NCBI GenBank assembly: GCA_052145255.1
Contig: JBKQOX010000026.1
Coordinates: 33,528 to 97,527, forward strand
Source: Terracidiphilus sp.
GTDB lineage: Bacteria; Acidobacteriota; Terriglobia; Terriglobales; Acidobacteriaceae
Reading direction: 5' to 3'
DNA length: 64,000 nt
Shown one piece after another: positions 1-11,432 of this stretch (the stretch's first letter is position 1; each line of letters opens with the position of its first letter). The translations under genes and the position numbers were made by a program. The notes beneath the pieces were generated by a model. That model made no database searches. It was not told the DNA's origin and saw only the letters and a list, made by a program, of their open reading frames with translations.

Positions 1-69
1 GCCAAATCAGCCGCAGGCCTGCTCGCTGAGAAGAACGAAAAAAGAGGCTTCTTCAGCTTCCTGCGCTAA
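1..69 (+). CDS. 3' end of a gene entering from the left edge (...AKSAAGLLAEKNEKRGFFSFLR*), product unknown
   Basis: Frame +1 is open from base 1 to TAA at 67-69 and converges on secA; too short to assign. Confidence 0.45.
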   Translation, partial: AKSAAGLLAEKNEKRGFFSFLR

Positions 70-107
70 GTCGCTACCCTGCTCATTTTCCGACTCGTGG
101 GCTTGCT

Positions 108-154
108 GACCCTGTTCCTCAGTCCCTTAGTCCCTACGTCCCTAGTCACTGCCT
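108..154 (-). repeat. G-rich heptamer-like tandem tract just downstream of the secA stop
   Basis: Minus strand reads TAA-AGGC-AGTGACTAGGGACGTAGGGACTAAGGGACTGAGGAACAGGG; related tract at 36288-36329. Confidence 0.7.
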
Positions 155-3100
155 TTACGCCCCGTGGCACTTCTTGTATTTCTTGCCGCTGCCACACGGG
201 CAAGGATCGTTGCGACCCACTTTTTCGCCCGTCCGCCGCTGCGCAGTTTCGCTTGAATCCCCGCCGCCTTGCCTGCTGGCCACAGCGAGTTCCCGCTCTT
301 TTTTCCGGTGGAACTCCTTCTCCAGCTCGTCGATGGTCGTCGAGGGTTTGCGCGTATGAATCTCGATCTCTCGCGGCGCGCCATCGCCGGTGATCGGCTG
401 TGCGGCGCTCGCTACCGGCGGAGCCTTGGGCACCGTGCCGCGCGGCCGCGGTGCCGCATCCACCGGCTGACCGTCCGGCCCGAGTATCTGCATCCGGAAA
501 AGGAACCGTACCGTGTCTTCCTGGAACTTCAGCATCATGGCTTCGAACAAATCGAAGGACTCGCGCTTGTATTCCACCAGCGGATCGCGCTGCGCATACC
601 CGCGCAGATTGATGCCCTCTTTCAGGTGATCCATCGAGAGCAGGTGATCCTTCCACAGCCCGTCGATGACACTCAGCATCACCATGCGCTCGTGGTGGCG
701 CATCGTGGCCACTCCCAGAATCTTCTCCTTGGCCTCATAACCCTCGGCCAGCTTGGCAAAGATCTCCTCACCCAGCTCGTGCCGGCTCAGTGTCTCCGGC
801 TTAATGCCGGATGCCGCAAGGTTGAATCCAAAATGGTCAACCAGTTTTTCGCCCAGGCCCTTGAGATCCCACTGATCCTGCCGCACGCGCTCGCCGGCAA
901 ATTCATCCAGAAGGGTGCTCAGGATTCCGCCGACATAATCCTCCAGAATCATCTCGCGCTGCTCGACGCCTTCCAGCAGTTGCCGGCGCAGGCCATACAC
1001 CGCCCCGCGCTGCTTGTTCATCACGTCGTCATATTCCAGCAGATGTTTGCGCGCTTCGAAATTCTGCGCTTCCACCGCCTTTTGCGCGCCTTCGATGCGC
1101 TTGGTGATCATGCGCGACTCGATCGCCTCGTCCTCGACCATTACCTTCTGCATCACCGTGCCCGCAAATCCGCGCGCGAAAATGCGGATCAGGTCATCCT
1201 CGAGCGAAAGATAGAAGCGCGACTCGCCGGGATCGCCCTGGCGTCCGGCGCGTCCACGCAGCTGGTTGTCGATGCGCCGCGATTCGTGCCGTTCCGTGCC
1301 CAGAATGAACAACCCTCCGGCTGCGATCACTGCTTCATGCTCCGCCTGCGCTGCGGCCGCGTGCGACGCGTTCGCCTCCACCCAATCGCCATCGGAGACT
1401 TCGAACTCCTGTCCCTGGTAGTAGAACCGCTGGAATCCCGCCGGCGCCATGGGATTGATCGCGCCCTCCGCCACGCTGATCGCCCGCGCCTTGTTCTTCT
1501 TCACCAGTTCCTGCCGGGTCATGAACTCCGCATTGCCGCCCAGCAGAATATCGGTACCGCGTCCGGCCATGTTGGTGGCGATCGTCACCATCCCCGAGCG
1601 GCCCGCCTGCGCCACAATCTCCGCTTCGCGCTCGTGGAACTTCGCATTCAGCACCACATGGCGAACGCCTTTTTTCTGCAAAATTGCCGACAGCCGCTCC
1701 GACTTTTCGATGGACACGGTGCCGACAAGCGCCGGCTGCCCCTTTGCGTGCAGCTCGGCGATGTTTTCCGCTACAGCCTTGTACTTTTCCTTCTCCGTGC
1801 GGAACACCACATCTGGGTTTTCCAATCGCAGTAGTGGCTTGTTTGTCGGAATCACCACGATCTCGAGCTTGTAGATCTTTTCAAATTCAGCGGCCTCGGT
1901 CTCTGCCGTTCCCGTCATGCCGCTCAATTTTTGATAAAGGCGAAAATAATTCTGAAATGTGATTGTGGCCAGCGTCTGGTCTTCCTTGCGGATGCTCACG
2001 CCTTCCTTGGCCTCGATCGACTGATGCAGTCCGTCGCTCCAGCGCCGGCCCGGCATCAGCCGGCCCGTGAAGGTATCCACGATAATGACTTCGCCGTCCT
2101 TCACCACGTAGTCCACGTCGCGCTTGTAAAGCGCGTGAGCCTTGATCGCCGTCTCCACGTAGTGCTTCAGGTCCCAGTTCTCCGCGTCGGCTATATTTCC
2201 AATCCCCAGCGCTTTTTCGATCGTCTCCCATCCGGAGTCCGTCACGCCGATCGTCCGCTGCTTCTCATCGACGAAATAATCGCCGCTCATGTATTTCTCG
2301 CCCTCGGCGAGCCGGATACCCAACTCCTGCTGGCGTTGCGTGTCGCTCCATTCAACCTCTTCGCCCATCTCCAGTTGCGGAATGATATGCCGCACGCGCG
2401 CGTACTTGTCCGTCGTCTGCTCCGTCGGCCCTGAAATGATGAGAGGCGTCCGCGCCTCGTCGATCAAAATCGAGTCCACTTCGTCCACGACGGCGTAGTA
2501 ATGCCCGCGCTGCACGCAATCCTTGATCTCGAACTTCATGTTGTCGCGCAGGTAGTCGAATCCAAACTCGTTGTTCGTGCCGTAGGTAATGTCCGCGCCA
2601 TAAGCTGCGCGGCGCTCGTCGTCGCTCAAGTCGTGAACAATCACGCCGACAGTGAGCCCGAGGAATTCGTAGATCTTGCCCATCCACTCGGCGTCGCGTT
2701 TGGCCAGGTAGTCGTTCACCGTAACGACATGAACACCGTGGCCGGCCAATGCATTCAAATAGCAGGCAAGCGTCGCCACAAGCGTCTTGCCCTCGCCGGT
2801 CTTCATCTCCGAAATCTTGCCCTGGTGCAGCACCATACCGCCAATCAATTGCACGTCGAAGTGCCGCATCTGCACCGCGCGCCAGCCCGCCTCGCGCACC
2901 ACCGCGAAAGCCTCGGGAAGAATCTCTTCGAGCGCCTCCTTCTCGGCTTCTTTCTTCTCGTCTGCGTCCGTAATCCCTTCGAGCCGGGTCGCAATCCGCG
3001 CCTTGAACTCGGCTGTCTTCGCTCTTAGCTCTTCATCCGAGAGCTTCTTGGTCTCCGGCTCCAGCACGCTGATCTGCCCCACAATGGGCGTCAGGCGCTT

Positions 3101-3157
3101 GAGGGCACGCTCGTTCGCCGTGCCGAAGATTTTGGCTAACAACTTATCAAGAAACAC
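155..3157 (-). CDS. secA: Preprotein translocase ATPase SecA
   Basis: 1000 aa; MKTGEGKT Walker [51 protein letters not shown]-terminal SEC-C motif [19 protein letters not shown]; GTG start. Confidence 0.99.
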   Translation of the reverse strand: MFLDKLLAKIFGTANERALKRLTPIVGQISVLEPETKKLSDEELRAKTAEFKARIATRLEGITDADEKKEAEKEALEEILPEAFAVVREAGWRAVQMRHFDVQLIGGMVLHQGKISEMKTGEGKTLVATLACYLNALAGHGVHVVTVNDYLAKRDAEWMGKIYEFLGLTVGVIVHDLSDDERRAAYGADITYGTNNEFGFDYLRDNMKFEIKDCVQRGHYYAVVDEVDSILIDEARTPLIISGPTEQTTDKYARVRHIIPQLEMGEEVEWSDTQRQQELGIRLAEGEKYMSGDYFVDEKQRTIGVTDSGWETIEKALGIGNIADAENWDLKHYVETAIKAHALYKRDVDYVVKDGEVIIVDTFTGRLMPGRRWSDGLHQSIEAKEGVSIRKEDQTLATITFQNYFRLYQKLSGMTGTAETEAAEFEKIYKLEIVVIPTNKPLLRLENPDVVFRTEKEKYKAVAENIAELHAKGQPALVGTVSIEKSERLSAILQKKGVRHVVLNAKFHEREAEIVAQAGRSGMVTIATNMAGRGTDILLGGNAEFMTRQELVKKNKARAISVAEGAINPMAPAGFQRFYYQGQEFEVSDGDWVEANASHAAAAQAEHEAVIAAGGLFILGTERHESRRIDNQLRGRAGRQGDPGESRFYLSLEDDLIRIFARGFAGTVMQKVMVEDEAIESRMITKRIEGAQKAVEAQNFEARKHLLEYDDVMNKQRGAVYGLRRQLLEGVEQREMILEDYVGGILSTLLDEFAGERVRQDQWDLKGLGEKLVDHFGFNLAASGIKPETLSRHELGEEIFAKLAEGYEAKEKILGVATMRHHERMVMLSVIDGLWKDHLLSMDHLKEGINLRGYAQRDPLVEYKRESFDLFEAMMLKFQEDTVRFLFRMQILGPDGQPVDAAPRPRGTVPKAPPVASAAQPITGDGAPREIEIHTRKPSTTIDELEKEFHRKKERELAVASRQGGGDSSETAQRRTGEKVGRNDPCPCGSGKKYKKCHGA

Positions 3158-3240
3158 AGGTATCTCCGCTTTCTAGTGTAAATGGCTGGGGGTAAGCACG
3201 ATGAGCGCTCGCCGAGGCTCCGAGCCGCATGCAGACCAGC

Positions 3241-3274
3241 AAAAAGCCCCCGGCAGTTTCGCCGAGGGCTTTTT
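3241..3274. terminator. Intrinsic terminator after clpC
   Basis: AAAAAGCCC-CCGGC...GCCG-AGGGCTTTTT stem flanked by A/T tracts. Confidence 0.8.
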
Positions 3275-3307
3275 CTTCTGGTCCTGTTCTTCTGGCCCTG
3301 GAAGAGA

Positions 3308-5773
3308 TTAGTTACTGAACAGCAACACGCCCGCCGCCTTCTCGTCGCCAACGGTCTCATCGGCGCTCACCGGCCGATAAAACAGTTGGTTTTGGTCGAG
3401 ATAGACCTCGAGGAACGCAGGCCGCTCCTGGATCTGCCCCGCGATCAGCGCCTCTGAGAGCGGATCTTCGATGTACCGCTGCAACGCGCGCCGCAACGGA
3501 CGTGCACCGTAGCTGCGGTCGACCAGCGTCTTGTCGAGAATCCATTTCTTTGCGTCGTCGTTCACTGAAATCGTGATCGACTTCTGCGCCAGGTTGGCGT
3601 TCAATAGCTGCACAAGCAGCTCGACAATCTGGATCAGGTCGGCATCGTTGAGCGACTGGAAGAGAATCACCTCATCGAGACGGTTAAGAAACTCGGGGTT
3701 GAAGGTCTTCTTCACCTCGTTCCTCACCAGCTCTTCAACTTTTTCGCTTACGATGTCTTCGCGCTCGCTCTGGAAGCCGAGCCCCTGTTTCTTCTGCAGG
3801 TGCCGCGCGCCGATGTTCGAGGTCATGATCACGATGGTGTTCTTGAAGTCGACGGTGTTGCCAAGGCCGTCTGTCAATTGCCCATCCTCAAACACCTGCA
3901 GCAGAATGTTGAATACATCCGGGTGAGCCTTCTCGATTTCGTCGAGCAGCACGACCGAGTACGGCGAGCGCTTCACTCGCTCCGTTAACTGCCCGCCCTC
4001 CTCGTAGCCCACGTAGCCTGGAGGCGAGCCGATCAGCTTCGACACCGAATGCTTCTCCATGAACTCCGACATATCGAAGCGGATTAAAGCCTTATCCGAC
4101 CCGAAGAGGAAGTTGGCCAGCGTACGCGCCATTTCTGTTTTTCCCACACCCGTTGGTCCAAGAAAAAGAAAAGAACCAATCGGCCGGTGCGGCGACTTCA
4201 AGCCCGCTCTCGATCGCCGGATCGCGCGTGCCAACGCAGAAATCGCCTTTTCCTGCGAGATCACGCGTTTGTGCAGCTCTTCTTCCACGCGCAGCAGCTT
4301 CTGCGTCTCTTCTTCCTTTATGCTGGTTACGGGTACGCCCGTCCAGCGGCTGACGACATCCTCGATGTCCTCGCGGCCAACAATGCCTGCCGCGGAGTCG
4401 TCGAGGTGGTACTTGTCGCGCAGTGCGCGCAGGTTCTCGCGCTCCTTGCGCTCTTCGTCGGAATAAAAACGCGCCTTCTCGAACTCGTGGTTGGCAATCG
4501 CCGAATCCATGCGATGCACGATGAACTTGATCCGCTTCTGCACCTCTGTGATCTCTTCGGGCAGCGAGGTCTGGCGCAGCTTCACGCGCGCACCGGCCTC
4601 ATCGATCAGATCGATGGCCTTGTCGGGCAAAAAGCGATCGGGAATGTAGCGACTCGAGTGCGAGACGGCGAATTCCACCGCGGCATCGGTATAGCTGACC
4701 GCGTGAAACTTTTCATAGCGGTCCTTGATGCCCATGATGATCTTGATCGCCTCAGCCTCGTTTGGCGGCGGCACTTTCACCGCCTGGAAGCGCCGCTCCA
4801 GCGAGCGATCCTTCTCGATCGACTTGCGGTATTCTGCCGGAGTCGTCGCGCCAATGCATTGAATCTCGCCGCGCGACAGAGCCGGCTTCAAGATGTTCGC
4901 TGCATCCAGCGATCCCTCCGCCGACCCCGCGCCGACCAGCGTATGCAACTCGTCGATGAACACAATCGAGTTCTGGCTCTCCATCAGCTCTTTCATGATG
5001 GTCTTCAGCCGCTCTTCGAATTGGCCACGATACTTTGTTCCCGCCACGATCAGCGACAGGTCCAGCGCCAGCACGCGCTTGTCGGCCAAAAAGCTCGGCA
5101 CTTCGCCGTCAGCTATCTTTTGCGCAAGGCCCTCGACGATCGCAGTCTTGCCCACGCCGGGCTCGCCAATCAGCACCGGATTGTTCTTGGTGCGCCGGCA
5201 CAGAATCTGTATCGAGCGCTCCAGCTCGCCCTCGCGCCCGACCAGCGGATCGAGTTGTCCGTCCATTGCCGCCTGCGTCAAGTCGCGGCTAAACTCCGCC
5301 AGCAGGCTTGACTCGCGCTGCCGCTGTTGCGGTGGCGCCTTCTCCTGCGTCACGCGCGCCAGCTCATCGCGAATTTGCGTCAGCTTTAGCCCGCGCTCCT
5401 GCAAAATCTCTGAGGCAAAGCACTTCTCTTCCCTCAGCAGTCCCAGCAGCAGATGTTCCGTACCAATATGTTTGTGTCCCAGCCGCTCGGCTTCCTCTGC
5501 GGCATATGCGAGCACTCGCTTGCACTCATTCGAAAGCGGCAGGTCGACGCTTGTCGACACCTTCTCGCGGATGGTGGTGTGCGCTTCAATTTGCTTCCGG
5601 ATCGACTCCACCGAGGCGTGCGAACGCAGGAAGCGGTTGGTTAACGCCTTGTCTTCGCGTAGCAGCCCCAGCAGTAAATGCTCGGTCTCGATATAAGGCG
5701 AGCCGAACTGGCTGGCCTCGTACCGCGCGAAGAAGATCACGCGCCGCGCCTTCTCCGTATACCGCTCGAACAT
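3308..5773 (-). CDS. clpC: ATP-dependent Clp protease ATP-binding subunit, ClpC type
   Basis: Start [11 protein letters not shown] at 5773; Clp_N repeats, two AAA modules ([16 protein letters not shown]), UVR-like middle domain ([13 protein letters not shown]), [20 protein letters not shown]. Confidence 0.95.
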   Translation of the reverse strand: MFERYTEKARRVIFFARYEASQFGSPYIETEHLLLGLLREDKALTNRFLRSHASVESIRKQIEAHTTIREKVSTSVDLPLSNECKRVLAYAAEEAERLGHKHIGTEHLLLGLLREEKCFASEILQERGLKLTQIRDELARVTQEKAPPQQRQRESSLLAEFSRDLTQAAMDGQLDPLVGREGELERSIQILCRRTKNNPVLIGEPGVGKTAIVEGLAQKIADGEVPSFLADKRVLALDLSLIVAGTKYRGQFEERLKTIMKELMESQNSIVFIDELHTLVGAGSAEGSLDAANILKPALSRGEIQCIGATTPAEYRKSIEKDRSLERRFQAVKVPPPNEAEAIKIIMGIKDRYEKFHAVSYTDAAVEFAVSHSSRYIPDRFLPDKAIDLIDEAGARVKLRQTSLPEEITEVQKRIKFIVHRMDSAIANHEFEKARFYSDEERKERENLRALRDKYHLDDSAAGIVGREDIEDVVSRWTGVPVTSIKEEETQKLLRVEEELHKRVISQEKAISALARAIRRSRAGLKSPHRPIGSFLFLGPTGVGKTEMARTLANFLFGSDKALIRFDMSEFMEKHSVSKLIGSPPGYVGYEEGGQLTERVKRSPYSVVLLDEIEKAHPDVFNILLQVFEDGQLTDGLGNTVDFKNTIVIMTSNIGARHLQKKQGLGFQSEREDIVSEKVEELVRNEVKKTFNPEFLNRLDEVILFQSLNDADLIQIVELLVQLLNANLAQKSITISVNDDAKKWILDKTLVDRSYGARPLRRALQRYIEDPLSEALIAGQIQERPAFLEVYLDQNQLFYRPVSADETVGDEKAAGVLLFSN

Positions 5774-6064
5774 GATGTGCTCCCTGATCCAGGTGCCCGC
5801 TTGCAGTAGCCGTCCGCTGGTTTCCCGGCCTCGGCCCAACCCGCGCTCACCCTTTCGTTGCTTCGCCGCCGGAGCCTCTTGAAAGATATCGCCGTGCTCC
5901 GAACAGCTCTTTTGGATGGTCTCGTGCTCCCATCGAACCCTGCGTCAACCGGCTCTCATTCCGCCCGCCGACTCCCACCCCGACCTCTGAGAGCCTGAAC
6001 TGGAGAAAGTGTTTCTCAGGCCCCTACTTATAAGACTCAAAACGATGCAAAAATGCTGCTTTTT

Positions 6065-6871
6065 CTAGTGAATATGTCCAGCTTGCGGTCCTTTTGGCCC
6101 CGCGTCTGTGACCTGGAGCAGCCTTCCGTTTTCCAGCTTCAGAGTCCGCCCGCAGCGCACGGCCAGGTCCATGTTATGCGTCACGACAATTGACGTCAGT
6201 CCGTGACTCCCATGCAAGCGCTCAATCAGGTCAAATACCCGTCCCGCCGTCACGCCGTCCAGGTCGCCCGTTGGCTCATCGGCCAGCAACAGCCTTGGGC
6301 TGCAAACCAACGCTCGTGCCAGTGCCACGCGCTGCTGCTCGCCCCCGGAAAGCTCACCCGGCCGATGGTCGCCGCGATCTTCCAATCCCACCTCGCCCAA
6401 CCATTTCTCCGCCGTCTTAAGCGCTTCGACTTTCCTCATGTTTCGCGCCAGAAGCGGCATCGCCACATTCTCCAGCGCCGTAAACTCTGGCAGCAAATAA
6501 TGGAACTGCCAAACGTACCCAATTTCGCGATTTCGAAAAGCTGCCGCCTCTTTCGCGCTCAGCTTCGCCACGTTGGTTGAGGCGCAGTATACAGTTCCCG
6601 TGGAAGGCGCATCAAGCGCGCCCAAAATGTGTAAAAGTGTGCTCTTTCCTGCACCCGATTGGCCGACAATCGCTATGATTTCCCCGGCCTTCACTTCGAG
6701 GTTGAGATCCTGGAACAAATGCAGCGCGCCACGCGCAGTCTGGTAGGTCTTGCTGAGGCCCTGCACTTGAATGACCGGAGATTTGCCGGCGTCGAATCCG
6801 CCCACTCGCGACTCCGGGTCCCGCGTTGCACGGGATGCCTGGGGAGCAGCCGCTGAAGGGGTTTGCATCAT
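6065..6871 (-). CDS. lolD: LolD-like ABC transporter ATP-binding protein
   Basis: GQSGAGKST, IGYVWQFHYLLPEFTALENVAMP, LSGGEQQRVALARAL, ADEPTGDLD; start at 6871 or 6868. Confidence 0.8.
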   Translation of the reverse strand: MMQTPSAAAPQASRATRDPESRVGGFDAGKSPVIQVQGLSKTYQTARGALHLFQDLNLEVKAGEIIAIVGQSGAGKSTLLHILGALDAPSTGTVYCASTNVAKLSAKEAAAFRNREIGYVWQFHYLLPEFTALENVAMPLLARNMRKVEALKTAEKWLGEVGLEDRGDHRPGELSGGEQQRVALARALVCSPRLLLADEPTGDLDGVTAGRVFDLIERLHGSHGLTSIVVTHNMDLAVRCGRTLKLENGRLLQVTDAGPKGPQAGHIH

Positions 6872-7099
6872 CCGGTTAACCTTTATTTTACAGGACTCCG
6901 GCCGCCCGTGGCACATCCCCCAAACCGGGCATCGGCGGGGCACCAGCGATGCCACCTCGGGCAGTTACCAGAGTGTTCCGCGCGCTCGATCGGCCTGCTC
7001 CAATAGGCAACCGATCGCCAAACGCTACAAAGCGGAAGCCGTTTCGTATCAGCTCCCGCTTCGGTGCTTCATCCTTCTTTCAATCCCGTTAATCGGGAG

Positions 7100-7405
7100 T
7101 CAGCCCCACTTCTTGCCCAGCGCTTCGAGATTCGACTCCCCGAGATCCTGAGGCGTCATCACGACCCTGAACTTCACCTCAACGTTGAAATTCAAGAACC
7201 ACGGCTCTGCGAGCCTGGGAACGTCGGACGGCTTCGCCACGTCGACAATAAGAATCCCACCGCGCTTGCCGTCTTGCTCGCCAAAGTACGCAGCTTCAGG
7301 CTTCGCGTCATCGAGAATCTTCTTCATGATTGAGCTCGCAGTTCCATTGCGAACCACTGTGTTGAATGGTTCAAGTGGGAATTCAACATGCATCATCATC
7401 CGCAT
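7100..7405 (-). CDS. Conserved small hypothetical protein (101 aa)
   Basis: Globular-looking composition (KPEAAYF...AEPWFLNFNVEVKFRVVMTPQDL); GGAGG Shine-Dalgarno upstream on the minus strand. Confidence 0.75.
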   Translation of the reverse strand: MRMMMHVEFPLEPFNTVVRNGTASSIMKKILDDAKPEAAYFGEQDGKRGGILIVDVAKPSDVPRLAEPWFLNFNVEVKFRVVMTPQDLGESNLEALGKKWG

Positions 7406-7647
7406 CTTTCTACCTCCAGGCGCTCGAAATTACCCCAGGGGATGTGTGCGCGCCAATGCCCGAACGCTAAACCACCAAAGCGAGCTCAGTCAAAACAATT
7501 TTCGCTTTCATTCTGGCGCCTGATTCACCTGCAAGCCAACGCACCCAAATCTACTCCGTCCATCCCGCCAACTCCCTTGCCCCTCTTGCTATCATCGAAT
7601 TAACGGCCGCCGCATCCTCGCTCGCGCCGCCATCATTCATCATCCCC

Positions 7648-8631
7648 ATGACCACTGCTTCCCAAGCCGCCTCGCCATCTGACCTTGCCGTCAATCCCGC
7701 ACCGCACACACTTCATGCACCCGCTCCGGGCGTGACCGCGACACTCATCCACGACCTGCGCGAATTCTTCAAGGTTAAAGTTGTTGGCCTCGTCCTCGTC
7801 ACCGGTTGGGGCGGCTTTTATCTGGGATCGATGCAGTCCGGCATCTCCACCCTGCAGCGTGGCCTGCTCGACACGCTCCTCGGCATCGGCCTCATCTCTG
7901 CCGGCGCGGGCGCCCTCAATCAGGCGCTCGAGCGCGCTTCTGACGCGCGCATGAAGCGCACCGAGGATCGTCCCCTCGCATCGGGCCGTTGGCCGCTCTC
8001 CGTCGGAATCCTCGGCGGCCTCGCCACGGTGGCTCTCGGCGCGGTCTGGCTGGCGCTCCGCACCAACCTGCTCACCGTCTCACTGGCCCTGCTCACCGCC
8101 TTTACTTACGTCGCCATCTATACGCCGCTCAAGCGCGTCACCAGCATGGCCACCTTTATCGGCGCGTTTCCCGGCGCCATGGGTCCACTTCTCGGCTGGA
8201 CCGCGGCCCGCGGACGCATCGAGTGGCCCGGCGTCGCTCTGTTCGCAATCCTCTTCGTCTGGCAGTTCCCGCATTTCATGTCGATTGCATGGTTGTACCG
8301 CGACGACTACGCCCGCGCCGGCATTCGCATGTTGCCCGTCGTCCAGCCCGACGGATGGTCCACCGTCGTCGAAGCCCTCTTCTACGCCGTGCTCATGATT
8401 CCCGTCTCGCTTGCCCCTTGGTGGCTCGGCATGACCGTCTCAATCTACCCCATCATCGCCACGGCGCTCGGCCTCGTCTACCTCGCTTACACCATCCGCT
8501 TCGCCCGCATCCTTCGCGCCAAGTCGGAAGACGAAAGCCGCAAGCTAGCCCGCGATCTGCTCAAGGTGAGCGTCATCTACCTGCCCCTGCTCTTCACTAC
8601 GCTCATGCTCTGCGCCCGCGCGAAAGGTTAG
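7648..8631 (+). CDS. ctaB: Protoheme IX farnesyltransferase (heme O synthase)
   Basis: ALNQALERASDARMKRTEDRPL, YTPLKR, GAFPGAMGPLLGW, WQFPHF, DDYARAGIRMLPV; multi-TM. Confidence 0.95.
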   Translation: MTTASQAASPSDLAVNPAPHTLHAPAPGVTATLIHDLREFFKVKVVGLVLVTGWGGFYLGSMQSGISTLQRGLLDTLLGIGLISAGAGALNQALERASDARMKRTEDRPLASGRWPLSVGILGGLATVALGAVWLALRTNLLTVSLALLTAFTYVAIYTPLKRVTSMATFIGAFPGAMGPLLGWTAARGRIEWPGVALFAILFVWQFPHFMSIAWLYRDDYARAGIRMLPVVQPDGWSTVVEALFYAVLMIPVSLAPWWLGMTVSIYPIIATALGLVYLAYTIRFARILRAKSEDESRKLARDLLKVSVIYLPLLFTTLMLCARAKG

Positions 8632-8636
8632 CGCGC

Positions 8637-9194
8637 ATGATCATCGCCGCACCCACCTCCGCTCCGCATTCCTCCACTGGCTCCGCCATCGCAGCCATCA
8701 TCGCCATCAGCGCCGCTGCCACCATCTTTCTTTTCTGGCTTATCTATATTCATCCGGCCGCTGCCACCAGTTCTCAATATGCCTTCCTTCCCGCAATGAA
8801 CGCGGTCTTTAACGGGCTCTCCGCGACTGCGCTTCTCATCGGTTACACTTTCGTCCGTGCGCGCAAGATCAAGCAGCACCGCGCCTCGATGATCACGGCT
8901 TTTGTCTTCTCCACACTGTTCCTTGTCGGCTATATCGCCCACCACGCGCTGCACGGAGACGTTCGCTATCCGATCCACGCCGCTTACCGCACGTTCTATC
9001 TCTCGCTGCTCGCCAGCCACATCGTTCTCGCCGTCGTCGCCTTGCCCCTCATCCTCGTCACGTTTTTCTTCTCGCTCTCCGGCCGCATCCCGCAGCACCG
9101 CCACATCGCGCGTTGGACCTTCCCGCTCTGGCTCTACGTTTCTGTCACCGGCGTCGTCACCTACGTCATGCTCCGCCTCGCACTGGGAAGCTGA
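8637..9194 (+). CDS. DUF420 family membrane protein (probable heme-copper oxidase assembly factor)
   Basis: ATG 8637; LPAMNAVFNGLS, HRASM, FLVGY, LASHIVLA, HRHIARWTFPLWLYVSVTGVVTY; follows ctaB. Confidence 0.85.
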   Translation: MIIAAPTSAPHSSTGSAIAAIIAISAAATIFLFWLIYIHPAAATSSQYAFLPAMNAVFNGLSATALLIGYTFVRARKIKQHRASMITAFVFSTLFLVGYIAHHALHGDVRYPIHAAYRTFYLSLLASHIVLAVVALPLILVTFFFSLSGRIPQHRHIARWTFPLWLYVSVTGVVTYVMLRLALGS

Positions 9195-9226
9195 CGTCCG
9201 CCGCAACGAAGCATGAATCCGGGTAG

Positions 9227-9735
9227 CTATGACGGGGTGACCGCAAGCTTGATTTGCAATTCCGGGTTACGGACCAGCTTCGATACTTCGACTTGCAATG
9301 AGGACTCGCCGATCTCCGGAACCCCGACCTCCAAAACGTACTTCCCATCTGGCAAGTCGGCTGAGAACCTGCCTCTTGCATCGGTGCGCATCGTAGCCGC
9401 TGGCTGACTCTCTTGCGATCCCCCGGCGAAAACATCGACGGTGGCATTCCGGATGGGTGAGCCGGTCCCATCCGAGACGAGCCCAGTAGTGGCCGACTGC
9501 TCCACTCCATCGCCGCGTTGAGCTCGCGCCGCGTTCGGGCTCGCCGCGCCAGATAGATTCCAACCAGCAATGCGCAAACGCCAGGCACGCCCGGGAATCC
9601 GGCCACTATCAAGCCAAAGCGCGGGCCACCAAGACCCCACCCACCGCTCGGAACGACCGCATCCAGAAAGAAGATTCCGGCGAGCAAAAGCAATCCCGCA
9701 CCGAGCACAATGAGGATTTTTCCCGCAATTGCCAT
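9227..9735 (-). pseudogene. Frameshifted gene: two N-terminal TM helices plus a carboxypeptidase-regulatory-like beta-sandwich
   Basis: TM part lies in the frame of ORF 9166..9765 (MAIAGKILIVLG...SRPL); domain TGLVSDGTGSPIRNATVDV...TDARGRFS...PDGKYVLEV lies in the frame of ORF 9227..9640; one missing base near 9487 would join them. Confidence 0.6.
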
Positions 9736-9839
9736 GGCCCAGAGTCTAGCACCGGTTTCGATCACCTTCCGTTTTCACGTCGTCATCCCACGGGACGGGC
9801 GTCAGACCATCACCGTTCCATTAGCATGGAACTAAAGCC

Positions 9840-10124
9840 ATGCCCTCAATCCCGCCGATCTCCGAGCCGAATCACCCCACACGACCCGACGACGGCACGC
9901 GGCAGCTTCTTCAATGGGGCGGCTCCATGGTTGGGACGGGCGTCCTGGCCGTCGTCCTGCTGGTCACTGTTCTCGGTGGCTACTCGCGCGCCGGCGCCAG
10001 CACCAACACCGGGTGGTTCGCGCTCATCGTCGCCCTCATGTGCATTCCCTTCGGACTGATGCTCCTCGCGCTCGGCCTCGCCAAGTGGTTCAAGAACAGG
10101 CGCAAATCCAGCACGGCGCATTAA
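9840..10124 (+). CDS. Small two-TM hypothetical membrane protein
   Basis: 94 aa with two hydrophobic helices and a basic C-terminal tail. Confidence 0.7.
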   Translation: MPSIPPISEPNHPTRPDDGTRQLLQWGGSMVGTGVLAVVLLVTVLGGYSRAGASTNTGWFALIVALMCIPFGLMLLALGLAKWFKNRRKSSTAH

Positions 10125-10238
10125 CACTATCCTCGCCAGGGCTCCCGAGTGATAATCAGGTCAGAGCAATCACGATCGCGAGCCAGCCACTCTTCGATCG
10201 GGACGAGCGAGGCCTCGTCCATTTGCCGGAAAGGCTCT

Positions 10239-11360
10239 TTGAAAATCTCACCGTCACTCAGTGCTCCCTTGATCCTCAACCACCCCCAGCTGCTCTCTGG
10301 CTCCACGGTCCTCGCACTTTCACTCGCTGCCTTCGCGCCCCACTCATTTGGGCAGTCGCACACGCCTCCACCATCGTCTCTGCCCGAATCTTCGCCCGCA
10401 CCGCTCGCAATCGATTCGGATCACGACGGCATCAGCGATGACCTCGAGCAATCTTTATTAGTGCAATTCGCTCCAAAGTTTCTCGTGGGCTCAGGTGATT
10501 GCTCCAACATTCCCGCTGAATTTCAGCCCGGCAACGCCACTCCGTTGGTGGAATCTGAAAACGGAACTATCTACGGCCAGGTATTTCCCGCAAAGGACCC
10601 CATCGACGGCGAGCCCGCTGCGGAGATTCACTACTACCATCTCTGGCGCATCGACTGCGGACCTCACGGCCATCCGCTTGATGCCGAGCACGTCTCCGTC
10701 CTCGTCCGCGCCTCCAACTCCGATCTCCGCTCTGCGACCTGGAAGGCCCTTTACTGGTACGCCGCCGCCCATGAGAACACCGTCTGCGATGTGAGTCAGA
10801 TCGCCCACGCCTCCACTCTTCATGCTGAAGACGCCGGCCCCAGCGTCTGGATCTCTCCCGGCAAGCATGCTTCCTATCTCAATCAAGCGCTCTGTCAAAA
10901 AGGTTGCGGAGCCGATCACTGCGAAAACATGGCGCCTCTCCGTCCCGCCAAGCTCGTCAACCTCGGCGAGCCCGGCTACCCCATGAACGGCTCCGTGTTC
11001 ATCGCCTCATCCGCGTGGCCACTCTCCGCCAAAATGTCCGAAACAAACTTTCCGGCCCCGGCTCTTGCGCGGCTCGGCGAACTTCCCGATTCTGAGATTG
11101 CATGGTTCAACCAGGGCAAGCATCCCAGGCAGGGAATCATCGCCATTAGCAGCACAACCGGGCAAGCGATCGCCGGCGGCGGTCGCGACACGATTTCAGG
11201 AATCTCCACCGCCGAGGACTCCAGCGGCAACGCGCTCCACAAGAGCTATCGCCACACGCGCCACGCGCTCGGCGCTTCCGCCCAACACGTCGGCAAAGCC
11301 CTCGGCATCGAGAATCACCCCGCCCCGCCCAAACCGCCGCCCGCCGCGAACACTCCTTAG
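10239..11360 (+). CDS. Secreted Cys-containing hypothetical protein
   Basis: Probable TTG start at 10239 after GAAAGG; signal-like VLALSLAAFAPHSFG; DSDHDGISD acidic loop; HYYHLW..DCGPHGHPLDAEHVSV; SPGKHASY. Confidence 0.75.
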   Translation: MKISPSLSAPLILNHPQLLSGSTVLALSLAAFAPHSFGQSHTPPPSSLPESSPAPLAIDSDHDGISDDLEQSLLVQFAPKFLVGSGDCSNIPAEFQPGNATPLVESENGTIYGQVFPAKDPIDGEPAAEIHYYHLWRIDCGPHGHPLDAEHVSVLVRASNSDLRSATWKALYWYAAAHENTVCDVSQIAHASTLHAEDAGPSVWISPGKHASYLNQALCQKGCGADHCENMAPLRPAKLVNLGEPGYPMNGSVFIASSAWPLSAKMSETNFPAPALARLGELPDSEIAWFNQGKHPRQGIIAISSTTGQAIAGGGRDTISGISTAEDSSGNALHKSYRHTRHALGASAQHVGKALGIENHPAPPKPPPAANTP

Positions 11361-11367
11361 CTCTCCG
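11326..11367 (+). repeat. 42-bp direct repeat, copy 1
   Basis: CGCCCAAACCGCCGCCCGCCGCGAACACTCCTTAGCTCTCCG; includes the last codons and stop of the upstream gene. Confidence 0.9.
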
Positions 11368-11432
11368 CCTCGCCTTCGCGTCTTGTCGGGACTTGCCAGC
11401 GACGCCCCCGCGAAAAACTTCCTTCGGGCCTC

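Noticed and set aside
269-1834. Long shadow ORFs (for example 269..1834, 39381..40847, 45319..46992, 13189..14322, 27102..28400)
   Set aside because: They lie antisense to well-supported genes, as expected from GC-rich codon bias
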